Shown here one piece after another: positions 51,751 through 64,000 of a stretch of DNA of 64,000 bases. The stretch covers positions 1,666,274 through 1,730,273 of the forward strand of contig MU053645.1 of NCBI GenBank assembly GCA_013239625.1. Reading direction: 5' to 3'. The DNA is from Lama guanicoe (lineage: Eukaryota). The notes under the pieces were generated by a model, which was given only the letters and a program-made list of their open reading frames with translations, had not been told where the DNA came from and did no database searches. Made by a program: the position numbers and the translations under genes. Positions within the stretch are counted from its first letter, which is position 1, and each line of letters opens with the position of its first letter.

Positions 51751-54320
51751 ATCTTTTCATTTTGTTATGGTTTCCTTTGCTGTGCAGAAGCTTACACATT
51801 TAATAAGGTCCCATTTGTTTATTTTTGCTTTTATTTCTATTGCCTAGGAAACCTAGGAAAACATTGCTATGATTTATGTCAGAGAATGTTTAGTGTGTTT
51901 TCTTTTCTAGGAGATTTATGGTGTCCTAACTTATGTTTAAGTCTTTAAGCTATTTTGAGTTTATTCACGTGTCTGGGGTGAGGGAGTGTCCTAGCTTCAC
52001 TGATTTACATGCAGCTGTCCAGTTTTTCCAGCACTACTTGCTGAAGAGGCTGTTTTTTCTTCATTGTATATTCTTGCCTCCTTGTCAAAGATCAACTGGC
52101 CGTAGATGTGTGGGTTTATTTCTAGGCTCTCTATTCTATACCATTGATCCATATGTCTGTCTTTGTGCTAATACTATGCTGTTTTAATTACTGTAGCTCT
52201 GTAGTATTGTCTGAAATCTGAGAGGATTATTCCTCCAGCTTTGTTGTTTTTCCTCAGTATTGTTTTGGCAGCTCTGGGTCTTTTGTGATTCCATAAAAAT
52301 TTTAGGATTATTTGTTCTAGTTCTGTGAAAAATGTCCTGGGTAATTTGATAGGGGTCTCATTACATCTGTAGATTGCTTTGGATAGTATAGCCATTTTAA
52401 CAATACTAATTCTTCCAATCCAAGAGCATGAGCTATCTTTCCACTTTTTAAAACCATCTTTAATTTCCTTTATCAATGTTCTATAGTAATCAGTGTATAA
52501 GTCTTTCGGTCCTCAGTCAAGTTTATTACTAAGTATTTTATTTTATTTTTTGATGTGATTTTAAAAGGGATTTTTTAAACTTTCCTTTTCTGATTTTTAA
52601 TGTTAGTATAAAGAAATGCAACAGATTTCTGCATGTTAATCTTGTAACCTGCTATCTTGCTGAATTCATTTATCAGCTCTAGTAGTTTTTGTGTGAAGTC
52701 TTTAGTGTTTTCTATATATAGTATCATGGCATCTGCACATAGTGACAGTTTTACCTCTTCCCTTCCAAATGGATCTTTTTTATTTCTTTTTCTTGTCTGA
52801 CTGTTATGGCTAGGACTTTCAATGCTATGTTGAACAGAAGTGGTGAGAGTGGGCATCCTTGTCTTAGTCCAGATTTTAGCAGGAAGGCTTTCAACTTTTC
52901 ACTGTTGAGTATTATATTGGCTGTGGGTTTGTCATAAATACGTATGTTTTCCTATACCCACTTTGGTAAGAGTCTTTATCACAAATGGATGTTAAATTTT
53001 ATCAAATATTTTTTCTGCATCTATTGAGATGGTCATGTGGTTTTTGTCTTTCCTTTTGTTGATGTGGTGGTGTTTGCATATGTTGAAACATCTTTGTGAC
53101 TCTGGGGTAAATACAACTTGATTGTAGTGTATGATCTACGGACTAGGAGAAAATATTTGCAAACAATGCGGATGACAAGGACTTAACTTCCAGAATGTAC
53201 AAACAGCTCATACAACTCAATAGCAAAAACAACAACAACAATAACAAACAATCCAATCAAAAGATGGGCAGAAGACCTAAATAGACATTTCTCCAGTTTG
53301 TATGTCTCCAGACATACAGATGGCCAATAAGCATATGAAAAGATGCTCAATACTACGATTATTAGAGCATTTCTCTATGCAAATCAAAACTATAAGGGGG
53401 TATCACTACCTTACACCAGTCAGAATGGCCACATTTAAAAGTCCACAACTGATATGCTGGAGAGGGTGTGGACAAAAGGGAATCCTCCTATACTGTTGGT
53501 GGGAATGTAAACTGATGCAGCCACTAAGGAAAATAGTACAAAGATTCCTTTAAAAACTAAAAATAGAGTTACCATATGATCCAGCAATCTCACTCCTGGG
53601 CATATTTCCAGAGAAAACTCTAATTTGAAAAGACACATGCACCCCAGTGTTCACAGCAGCACTATTTATAATAGCCAAGACGTGGAAGAAACCTAAATGT
53701 CCATCAACAGATGACTGGATAAAGAAGATGTGGTATGTGTGTGTGTGTATATATATACACAAAATATATAATATATACATATATATAATGAAATACTACT
53801 CAGCCATAAAAAAGAATAAAATAATGCCATTTGCAGCAACATGGATGGACCAGAGATTATCATACTAAGTGAAGTAAACCAGAAAGAGAAAGATGACACA
53901 AGATTTTATGGTAGCTCACAGAGAAAAAAATGTGACAATGAATATATATATGTTCATGTATGACTGAAAAATTGTGCTCTACACTGGAATTTGACACAAC
54001 ATTGTAAAATGATTATAAATCAATGAAAAAAATTTTTAAAAAGATGAATATCATAATATCAATTATAAGGGGTCTTGAAAAATGACACAAATGAATTTAT
54101 TCATAAAAGAGAAACCTACTTACAGACAAAGACAACAAACCTATGATTACCAAAGGGGAAAGGAGTGGGAGAGGGATAAATTAGGAGTTAGGGATTAGCA
54201 GATACAAACTACTATATACAAAATAGACAAACAAATTTCTACTGCATAGCACAGGGAACAATATTCAGTATCTTGTAATAACCTATAATGAAAAAGAATA
54301 CATACAAATATTTTTTTAAA
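51751..54320 (+). mobile_element. 5'-inverted (twin-primed) L1: 51751-53135 on -, 53136-54320 on +
   Basis: ORF2 peptides on - ([22 protein letters not shown]) then on + (MFTAALFIIAKTWKKPKCPSTDDWIKKMW). Flanking repeat aaaggcata(g/a)g at about 51738 and 54320. Confidence 0.85.
53897..54040 (+). mobile_element. Young L1 3' tip nested in the older L1
   Basis: TSD aaagatga (53889-53896 and about 54039-54046); same subfamily as 12766-12951. Confidence 0.75.
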
Positions 54321-54711
54321 AAGGCATAAGAGGAGAAAGTCAAGTTCCTCCTAGGATGACTTTGTTCCGTTAAGGTCAGAAAAAAATTTTTTTCTCAATA
54401 TTTACAAGCTTCTTAGGATAAAAAGGGAGGTTTGGGGAGTGGTAAAAGGATTGGTGGGTTTTAGATTATTTCTGGAGCCACACCTCTGATCTTGTAAAGA
54501 CAAGATTTGTAAAACAAGAAGTTTTTGTTTGTTTCTTCAAAGAATTTGGTGGCCACCTCATTCTTCAAAGGACTGACACATTCATTCACCTATGTTGGAA
54601 TGTTTTATTTTTCCTCTCTTAGCTTAGGGAAGAAGGCCTCCCCCCGAAATTTCTATCAGGCTCCGAATATCAGCTGTGGTCAGTTTAGTCAGACCCGGTG
54701 GCCTCCCATTC

Positions 54712-54811
54712 TGGTAATCTATTTACACTTTTTTAATGGAGGCACTGGGGACTGAACCCAGGACCTCATGCATGCTAAGTATGCACTCTACCACTGAGCT
54801 ATACCTACCCC
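54712..54811 (-). mobile_element. Vic-1-type SINE
   Basis: gaggcactggggactgaacccaggacctcatgcatgctaagtatgcactctaccactgagctatacc. Confidence 0.8.
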
Positions 54812-55633
54812 TAATTTTTCTAAATAAATTTGCAACATAGTTAAAAGCTTTTCAGGGGGGGTCACACAGCTAGTTTTTAATTCCATTGGTATCTATATCA
54901 TGCCCACAATGTACGTAAACAACCCATCCACTTGGTGGTGAAGATGATGATGGAGATGAAATCCTGTTGCAGACCTAGAGGCTTGGGTACAGAGCCAGAA
55001 GGTATGATGGGGTGTGGGGCCCAGGCAGAAGCACAGGAAAGGTGTGACCTCCAAGGAGAGAAAGAACTTAACATTCATAGAATTATTTTTAGTCAGAGAC
55101 ACTTTCTATGGTGTTTTCTTTAAGTCAAACAGGCATTCAGTTATCTCCATTATTCACAAGTGTGTAATTAGGTCTAAGTTTTTTCCATTGTTTCCTGAAG
55201 GTCTTAATGCTTTGAATGCGGAAATCCCCAATAGTCCTGGTAGCTGATGCCACACTGTCTGTTGCTCATTTTTTTTCTTTCATGAGTTGCATAGTTTTTA
55301 CATTAAAAAAATCAGTGAATAAATTTAAACAATTTCTGTACTGCCAAAAGAAATGTTAAAAGTGTGAGAAGTAAATATTTATAAACAGTATTATAGACTT
55401 TATGCTAATATGCTTGACCAAAGAAGACTTTTGCTAATCAGTAGAGAAGGGGAGAAAAGTATCAACAAATAATTCACTTAAAATGCAAAATGATTCTCCA
55501 GTAAACTTCTGGACAGGTGTCAAACCACATTAGCTAAAAGAAAAGAAAATTGGGAGATGTCATAAGTGAAAAAGTCAATATTGAGAAAAATTCTGTGATT
55601 GTAACTTTTAAAATAATATACAAGCATATTAAA

Positions 55634-56037
55634 TGTGGCAACCAGTCAGTGACATGGTGACACATGGATTGGTAAAAGAATTTACCAAACGTAAAGTATG
55701 AGAATAGAAAGGAGTTTATTAGGGTGTGCGCTGCCATAGGCACCAGCAGGCCACGCAGGCAAGAGGTGCCTGTGTGAGCACTGACGGCTGGTTGTTGGGT
55801 GTTTTATAAGGTTGGGTCACAAGATGCCTGATCGGCTTGTGCACGTCTCTGATTGGTTGTAGGTGAGGTAAGAGGTTTAGGGTCCGTGAAGGGAGGTGGG
55901 GTTTGACTCTGATAAAGTTAGGAATTACCTGGGGCTATTAGTTTGCTAGGGGAAACACACCCAGTGAAGAATGTCAGGCATCTGAGAGCCTAGGAATGGG
56001 GGTCATTGGACTTTGAAGGACGTCAGTTGGCGCAACA
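55634..56037 (-). mobile_element. Solo LTR
   Basis: TGTGGC...GCAACA ends, near-TSD ttaaa/ttaag. On -: CCAAT (~55855), TATAAAA (~55805), AATAAA (~55715). Confidence 0.7.
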
Positions 56038-57689
56038 TTAAGTGCTTTAAAGTAGTTTAAGGTAGGTAACCACAGTACCTAAGGAAAAATGCATCTGGAA
56101 ATTTGACACCAATCTGTTTAACATTGGATATTGGTGAATCATGGTGATGGAATCATATAGATGGAAAATGCAGAATGATTTCATTTTTTGAATATACCTC
56201 TGTAGTGTTTAGTGTTTTGTAATTAGCCAAATTTGTTGAAACAATTGAACATAATGTAACAATAAAATTCTCATATATTTTTGGGTTTGGAAAAATATTC
56301 ACAGTATGCTTTTTTTTTAAAAGCTGACAGCTCTTGACTTGACAGTTTATCTGTGTGTGTGTGTGTGTGTGTATTTTTGTCTTACGTTTCCATCACCCAA
56401 AATGTTTACAACTCTCATGCAGATGTCTCTTCAGCTCATTCTGGGGAATGGACTTCTTCTCTTAGGGCAAAGAGACTCAGGAAGAGATTACTGTTAGGAA
56501 ATGGACAGTTCTGCCCGAAGCCCCTTCCTCACTCCCTCCCCCTTGCAAATTCAGCTGCTTTGAGACTTCCAGAGTTCCAATTCCGGCTCTGACCAACAGG
56601 GAGCGTCTATCTACATTGACCACACTTTTTTAAAGGAAAAAGCATGACTTTTTTCCCCCTACTCTTATTTCAGTGACCACTAAACTCTGTTTTCTATTTC
56701 TTTTATTCTTTCCATATCTGTCCCTAGTATGCCCTCTCTGGGATGGGCTGAACTTATTTCCTGTCATGCAGCTATTTTCAGATCTTTCTGTAACTATGCA
56801 CTTTCTTGAGAAAAATCCCATATATTGCAGTAAGAGTTTATTAAAATTATCCATGCTGGTGTTGTGCTCATTCAATAGAGCTCAGCCCCAGTGTCTGCAT
56901 CTCCATGTAGCATCTGAATGACTCCTTATAAACTGCTACACTTCACTAAGCCTCGGCAACTTCAGAGAGGGAAAGGGCCTAGTGATTCGTGTATCAGAGT
57001 CCTGATCAGAATATGTGAAGGAAGAGAATATAAAGCAGGAGGCACAGGGCCTGGCACACAGCAGACCCTCAGAGTTCCCTGCATTTATAGCCACAAGGAC
57101 CTGGGACCCAGCTCTCCGGACTCTCGCTAACTGCCTCTGCATGTGTGGCTGGGTTTGTAAGGACTCTGTCTTTGTGGCAAACTCAGAGGGCAATAAACAC
57201 AGGGAGCTGTCTCCTCTGGCCCCCAGGAATCTCCTCTCTAGGCCCTTGGGGAAGGAACTTCTGAGGATTCATCTTGCTTATGTGGGCCTGACAAGGTAGT
57301 TTGGGGTCTATTCTTGGCTTCTTTGACATCTTGGCTCTCGATTTCCTAACAACTCATGGCTCCATCGCACAGATTCTCACAGACACCCTGTGAAGATGTG
57401 GTCACTGCCTACACACCACACTATGAGTGAGCTGGTCACCATGAGGTCTCGGCCTTAGGACCCTCTAGGGCAGGTGAGATGGTAGGATCCTCCCCACCTC
57501 AACCCAGAGGACTCCCCTTTAGATGGATGGTGGTGGTGCAAGGGCTCAGGTTGACTGTTTTCCACTCTTCTGAGGATGTAAGCTGAGTGAGCCCTGTCAT
57601 GCTGACATGTGACAAATTTCCCCTTTTGTGGCTGTGGTCATGGTTGTTGTAAAATCCTCTTTCTGCTAGAGGGGAAAGGCCCAAGTCAT

Positions 57690-58390
57690 GTGATTCCCTA
57701 AGAGCTGCAGAACTCTAGGCTCATAACCAAGCCTTCAAAATCTCTGCACTAAGAGACGACCAAACTCTACCATGACTTCTAGCAGCTTAAGGCTCTGTCC
57801 CTAGGACAACCCCAGCTCCCTCTCACCCCCACATACACCTTTAAATGCAGGCCTGAAAAAGCTGAGTGCAAACAATAGAATTTACTGTTTGCTCCATCTA
57901 AACCTTGGTAGTAGGCAGATAGGCCCCAGTCAGTACCCACTCTTAGAGCAGTTAGAAATCTTGCATTTGCTAATCCTTTATCTTCCCTCTGAGATATAAA
58001 TGTTTCCTCAAGGATGTGACAGCCATCTCTTTGAAGTGCATTCAGGGAGGTAACTTTTGTTCCCAGTCCCTGTGGTACATAAGAGCCTAACTAAAGTGTC
58101 AGCACCTTGCTTCAATTTACACCACTGCCTCCTGTCGTAAAAATGAGAAGATTGTTTCTCTTCCAGGTAAGTGCCAATTAACAAATCCAAGTGGCCTCAT
58201 CACAGGGACTAGCCCCTCTGTCCCGCGCCACTGCTGCTCAGTGACTTTCCCTTAGTACAGCCCCACCTGTAAAAAGTCTCCAGGCATCTTTTCACGGATC
58301 TGAGTTCAGTTCACACTGGACTCTCTTCCCTCCATAGTTACTGTCCACTGTCCTTATCACTTTTACTAGTGTTTGGCCTTGTTTATCTTT
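57690..58390 (+). mobile_element. Probable old ERV LTR relic
   Basis: Resemblance to MER39/MER34-class LTRs from memory (gcaggcctgaaaaagc...tttactgtttg...agataggcccc); boundaries uncertain. Confidence 0.35.
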
Positions 58391-58549
58391 GATGTCTCTC
58401 AGGAGAAAGATTTGGAGAGTGGGGAGGGTCACTGGGGTGGAAAGTGTTGGAAAGCTTGGGATTTGTATTTGGGTCGGGGAGGGGCAGAGAACCCACCATT
58501 ACCTTTGAATCCTCACAGCAACATTTCAGGGTACATTGTAGTACTCCCA

Positions 58550-59340
58550 TTGAAGTTTCTTGAGGCTTGCTTTATGGCCAAGCATATTCTGGAATGTTTT
58601 ATCCATAGTTGTTATGTGCAGTGTTCTATTCTGATTGAATTAATTTTATTACTCATGTTGTTTAAAACTTCCCCATCTAACTGATTTTTTTACCTGTCTG
58701 TTTTACTTGTAGTGCAGTGAGCTGTGTTAAAATGCCTCACTGTGACTGTCAATTTGTTCATTCCTTCATTTACTTCTGCCAATTTTTGCTGTGTGTATTT
58801 TGGCTTCTATGATAAAAGGTGCACCAATTTAGAATTGCTTTATTAATATATTCTTATTGAATCAAACTTTTATCTTTATGATATATTCACCTTTTCTTTT
58901 TAAAAAAATTTTTTTGGTGGGAGGAGATAATTAGGTTTATTTATTATTTACTTATTCTTGGAGGAGGCACTGGGGATTGAACCCAGGACCTCATGCATGC
59001 TAAGCATGTGCTCTACCACTTGAGCTATACCCTCCCCCCTATCTTTTTAATAGTAATATTTTTCTTTAAGTATTTTTCCCTTGTTAGTGTGGTTATAACA
59101 ATTCGATGTCTTTTGTTACTTTTGGATATTTCTCAAACATGATCTCTTCCAGTACTTCTCCACTCTTCTCTTTCTTTCTTGGACTCTAATTAAACGTGTA
59201 TTAGATTTATTCACCACATCCCCTTTAACTCTCACCCACTCTCTTTTGGTGCTGTCCATCATTCTGTCTTTCCAGGTTTCATTCTCTGTATTTTCTTCAG
59301 ACCTATGTTTTATTTTTCTAATTCTTCTTTCAAGCAGGGA
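58550..59340 (-). mobile_element. Old L1 fragments including an ORF1 relic
   Basis: Minus-strand peptide ..DVVNKSNTRLIRVQER.. resembles the L1 ORF1p RRSNIRLIGVPE region. Confidence 0.55.
58909..59039 (-). mobile_element. Vic-1-type SINE
   Basis: Reverse complement of the SINE consensus. Confidence 0.8.
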
Positions 59341-59724
59341 ATTTACCTTTGACCTTTGAACCACAGCACCAAACATTCAGGGCATATTTTATTATGCACC
59401 TAGACTACTGAAGGGAGATAAGGGTTAGAGATGTTAAGCAAATGTTTTCAGGTGACCCAACATGAAAAAGGCAGAGTACAAACTAACATCATAGACTAGA
59501 CCCTCAGCCCAAGTTCTTCCCACTGTGTTTGCTTTCTCCTGGGCTGTGGATCCTCCCAATCTCTCATATCCCAGGAAATGAAACCACAGTGAGCTCTTCC
59601 AACATTTTCAGAGCTGTCTAATACTTTTTTTTAGATCATAAAAATCAGTGATTTTGCTTCATTAGTCATGATATTTTCCTAGGACTTTGTTCTGGCATTT
59701 GGAAAATTGATGTATGGTTCCCAG

Positions 59725-60537
59725 ATCAGATCTCAAAGAAGAGCAAATCCCAGGGTGCTTTCCCAGGGAAGTATGGCATGGTCTGAACATGACAGTTTCA
59801 GTATACATCCTTCATCCTACCAGGAGCAAGATGGAGACACAGCAATGAGTGATGTCCACATGGGCTTCTATGTAGTCAGTATGGCTGCAATGTATCAATG
59901 AGCAGAATAGATGGCCACGTATTTAACTCTTTCATTCTTCTCCTTTCTCCAACTTGGCAGTCTGTGGAATACTAGAACTGGATTAAATGCTTTATTATGG
60001 TGGTGGCATCAAAAGAGCAAATGTGTGTAGAAGACTTTCTTAACATTCATGGACTCCTTCCTCCTCTCCAATTCCCTGGGTCCCCACCCTCCCTCACAGG
60101 TACTGTCACCTGTATCCTGTCATCGCTCTGATGAGCACTACGCCGACTCTCAACCCAACTTTGATCTGGCTCCTTATCACCTCGTTTATGGAGAGGTTCA
60201 GAATCTTGACTGTGGGAGCCTTCCAATGTCAGACAGGCCACCCAGCCAGTACAGTTTGTTGTTGCCCAAGTTCAAGAGTGACAGCTTTTAGGGAAGAAGA
60301 GCTAGAGTGATGGTTACTATCTAGGGAAGGGGAGATAAATCTGCTCCCTATCCCATCTGTTCCACCCTCTACCATAATACCTGCTCTGCACCTATGGGTT
60401 TACCTCAGGGAAATTCTACCGATGAACCAATGGCATTATCAAGACCATATCTACGCTAATATGTAGAGAGGAATAATTCCCCCAAAGAGATGTAGAGCTG
60501 GGAAGATGGAACCTCAGGGAGGTGGTTTGAGATCATA
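59725..60537 (+). pseudogene. Decayed exons of an NXF-family nuclear RNA export factor (NXF2/NXF3-like): about 59725-59874 and 60380-60537
   Basis: First exon SQRRA...SEHDSFSIHPSSYQEQDGDTAMSDVHM resembles NXF3 (QRRA...HSSSHQQQDGDAAMHGAHM) and NXF1 (DDGDVAMSD). Second gives WHYQDHIYANM*RGIIPPKR, a frameshift, then EDGTSGRWFEII|GTGAGT (NXF DGT..WFKIT exon end). Confidence 0.75.
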
Positions 60538-62199
60538 GTGAGTACCTTGGCAAAGTACAGAGAATATACAGGTGAGGCAGGACAGAAGGAGTTGTATTAG
60601 TCTCATGGAGAAATGCTAGGTATTTTGCTGGGGGTAATAAAAGTTATCCTTTTTATTACTAGGAGTTAATATTTTCAATCATCTAAGGGCAGGTTCAGAA
60701 AAGTGACAACACAAAATAAGTTGACTGCAGAAGGACCAGGGGAGTTGTCTAAAGGCACAGGTGGAAACTCCTGCCAAGAAGATGGAGTAACTCATCATCA
60801 GTACCTCAGGTTGACAGTATGGGGGCTAGAGGTTCTGGAGTCTTTGCTGGAGTTTAATGTTGAGGCAGGCCTTCCTAATCTATGCTGAGCTGGAGCTTTC
60901 CTCCAAGAGTAGTGCTCCTTGCCTTGCTCCTAAAGCACCCCCCCCAATCCCAGGCTCACGTGGGGGCATCCCTTCTCCATGCTAAGGGCTGAGGTCCTAT
61001 TTAGCTGCCATCATGACATCCACTTCTCTAGCCAAATGCCAGGAACTGGGCCCTCCCTGGGAGAAATCAGGGTTCCCTGAGTCAAAGAGCCAGAAGTTGG
61101 CCACCACCAGTGAGCAGAGGTCTTCCTTAGGTAGGAGTGGAAGTCAGAGGGCAGAGGTGGTGGAGGAGACAGAAGCACAGGGCTCTCAGGGGCACTTGCC
61201 CCTCTGTCCCAACACACGTTACATCATCCTGCCTGGTCCTTCAGAGGAGCCTTGGGTAGCCTGAGACAAATATGATTTTTCAGGTAAAGAACCAACTAAG
61301 ACAGGTGCAGAGACCGTCAGGAGAGAAGGCGGTTATCATAAGAATGGGTCAAAGACCCTCACTCAGCCCCACACTGAGCTGGGAGCTGACTCTTTACTCC
61401 TTCTGGGGAAGGTCTGCCCCACGTGGCTGCTCTGTTTCCCACGCCCAGCTCAGACTGAGCTCACACAGGTGACAGACTCAACCAGCATCCAGCAGGCCCC
61501 CAGCCCAACATGTGCATGGTTTCCATCCCTACCTCGGGTCCCTGGGACATTCGGCGGCAGGTGAAGGAAAGGGCTGCAGCAGGGGAGCCAGCTCCCCTTT
61601 CTTCTCTCTTCTTCCCTAACCTCTACCCCCCTACGGGAGAGGTTCTTTCCCTTCCCTTCACTTTGCTTTCTCTCTCTTTCTCCCTTGTCTCTATGCCCCT
61701 ATGTCTCTATCTTTTCTTCTCCTTCCTTAACTCCTGTTCTGTCTTCATCCCCCTCCATTTCCCTCCCTGCCTCACTGACCTCCCTGCCCCAGCATCCTGG
61801 GCCATCCCTGGGGAGTGTCCTGGTCTTGGCAGAATGCTGGACCCCCAGGGAGGTAGCAAAGCCCTGGGCTCCCACCCCATTCCCTCTTCTCTCCAGAGCC
61901 TTCAGCGCGGATCTGCAGGAAGGAAGGGAGGGGAAGGAAGCTTGCTTCCTTGTTGCTTCTTGTGGCACCTGGAGAAGAGAGTCAAGGCAGTCTAGGTGGG
62001 AGGTACCCAGGAGGGAAGGAGACAGAGGGACAGAGAGAGAGAGAGAGAGAGAGAGAGGCTTCACCACCCTGACCGGTCAATCACTTCTTTCTTTTTTTGG
62101 TGTTGGACAGTGCCATCCGGGATTGTTTCCCCAAGTTGTTATGCCTGGTAAGTGCCTATGTTCATCACTCTTATTAACACTGGTGACCTCCCCAGCTGC

Positions 62200-64000
62200 C
62201 CTCAAGCCCTTTAGGTTGAAGAAATTACTCCCTATTCCCAGTTTGCTGAGAGCTTTTATCATTTATGGGTGTTGGATTTCGTCAAAAACTTCTTCTGCAT
62301 CCATTAATATAACCATGAGTTTTCTTCCTTAGACTGTTGATGTGAGGAATTACATTAATTGATTTTCAAATGTTGAATCGGCCTTGCATACCGGGAATAA
62401 ATCCCATGTGGTCATGCTGTATAATTTTTTTTATACATTGTTAGATTCTATTTGCTAATAGTTTCTGGAGGATTTTTGCATATATCTTCATGAGAAATAC
62501 TGGTCTATAGATTTCCTTTTTTGTAACATCATTTTCTAGTTTTGGTATTGCAGTAATGTTGGCCTCATAGAATGAGTTAAGAAGTACTCTCTCTGCATCT
62601 ATCTTCTGGAAGAGATTATAGAAAATTAGTACAATTTCTTCCATAAATGTGTGGGTATAATTCACCTATTAAGCCATCTGGGCTTGACACTTTCTGTTTT
62701 GGAAATTCATTAATTATTGATTCAATTTCTTTTAATAGATATAGACTTCAATTGTCTATTTAAAATTTATTTTAAATTGTGAAATATATAGACCTGTGTT
62801 TTTTGTTTTTATTTCTTTTGTGCATTTAACTGCTTTATTGATGTATAATTCACATATCACACAATTTACCCAAGCTATACAATTGTTTTTAGTCTATTCA
62901 CAGAAATATGCAACCACCACCATAGTCTATTTTAGAATTTTTTCATCACTTGAAGAAGAAACACCTAACCTTTGAGCTGTCACCCCTTATACTCCCATCG
63001 CTTAAGCTTTAAGCACCTAATGATCTACTTTGTCTTCATAAGATTTCTCTATTTTAGACAGTTTATGTTAATGAAGTTATGTAATACATAGTTTTTTGTG
63101 ACTGGCTTCTTTCACTTAGCATAGTGTTTTCAATGTTGATCTCTGTTGTAAGATAAAATGGTAAGTCACTCCTTTTTATTTCTGATTAATATTTTATAGT
63201 GTAGATATACTTCAATTTGTTTATCTCTCTGTCAGTTGATGGACAATTGGATTGTTTCCACTTTTGGCTATTTTGAATAATGCTGCTATAAATATTCACC
63301 TATAATTTTTCGTGTGAACATATATTTTCATTTCTCTTGTATATATACCTAGAGTGGAATTATGGGGTTGTATGGTAACTCTGTTTATTTCTTTCAGGAA
63401 CTTGCAGACTGTTTACAAAGTGGGTGCTCCATTTTACATTCCCACCAGGAGTGTATGAGGGTCCTGATTTCTCCACATCCTGACTTTTTGATTCCAGCTA
63501 TTTTATTGGGTTTGAAGTAGAATCTCCTGGTGGTTTTGATTTCCCCAGGGACTAATGATGTTGAGCATCGCATTGTTCATTTTAATACCCTCCTTGGAGA
63601 AATGTCTATTCAGATCATTTGCCCATTTAAAAAATTGGGTTATTTGTCTTTTTATTACTGAGTTGTAAGTGTTCCTACATATTATGGATATAAGTCTCCT
63701 ATCAAATATATGATTTGCCAATAATTCCCACTATTCTGTGGGTGCTATTTTCACTTTCTTTCTTTTCTTTTTTTTTGGTCAGTATTTCTTTTCTTTTCTT
63801 TTCTTTCTTTTTTATTTTCACTTTCTTGATGGTGTCCTTTGAAGCACAAAAGTTTTCACTTTTGATAATGTCCCTACTTTGTATATGTTCTTGCTTATGC
63901 TTTTGTTGTCATATCTAAGACTCCTTTGCAAAATCCAAGGTCATGAAGATTTATCCCTATATTTTTTTCTATGAATTTTATGGTTTTAGATCTCACATTT
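62200..64000 (-). mobile_element. L1 fragments (ORF2 piece 62200-62750; L1MB-like 3' end 62760-64000)
   Basis: Peptides LLNSFYEANITAIPK...YRPVFLMKIYAKIL and KWANDLNRHFSKEGI on -. Confidence 0.85.

Larger units (their letters stand above)
46988..55250 (-). mobile_element. Decayed ERV1-type internal sequence interrupted by L1 and SINE insertions; far boundary approximate and 5' LTR not found
   Basis: Integrase C-terminal relic HDLQLDYSYRKRREMKDSLQPHWKGPCQ on - at about 48270-48185 (gamma-type L.P.WKGPY motif). The AT-rich internal sequence resumes after each L1 insertion. Confidence 0.6.

Noticed and set aside
61510..62332. 161-aa and 215-aa ORFs
   Set aside because: They run through CT-rich and (GA)n simple sequence into antisense L1; composition explains the lack of stops.

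Overview
Mammalian genomic DNA, very probably camelid (six copies of a tRNA-Ala-like SINE matching the camelid Vic-1 type). Gene content corresponds to the eutherian Xq22 region. Three intact protein-coding genes lie on the + strand: SLC25A53 (single coding exon, 6207-7127, 306 aa), thymosin beta-15 (CpG-island promoter, non-coding exon 1, two coding exons, 45 aa) and a TCP11 X-linked gene (nine coding exons reconstructed by hand, 501 aa, no disablements). Decayed exons of an NXF2/NXF3-type mRNA export factor follow at about 59.7-60.5 kb. Most of the rest is interspersed repeat: L1, L2, L3/CR1, MIR, Tigger/MER DNA transposons, a truncated ERV1-type provirus and solo LTRs, several nested with visible target-site duplications. 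The best novelty candidate is an unrecognised multi-exon transcription unit on the - strand (about 420-4163), upstream of the SLC25A53 coding exon. It has canonical, phase-compatible splice sites, an 828-nt open terminal exon and an AATAAA. It could encode a ~300-aa orphan protein or be a partly disabled gene. I see no prokaryote-type system. All family assignments come from recall and manual translation, not from database searches.
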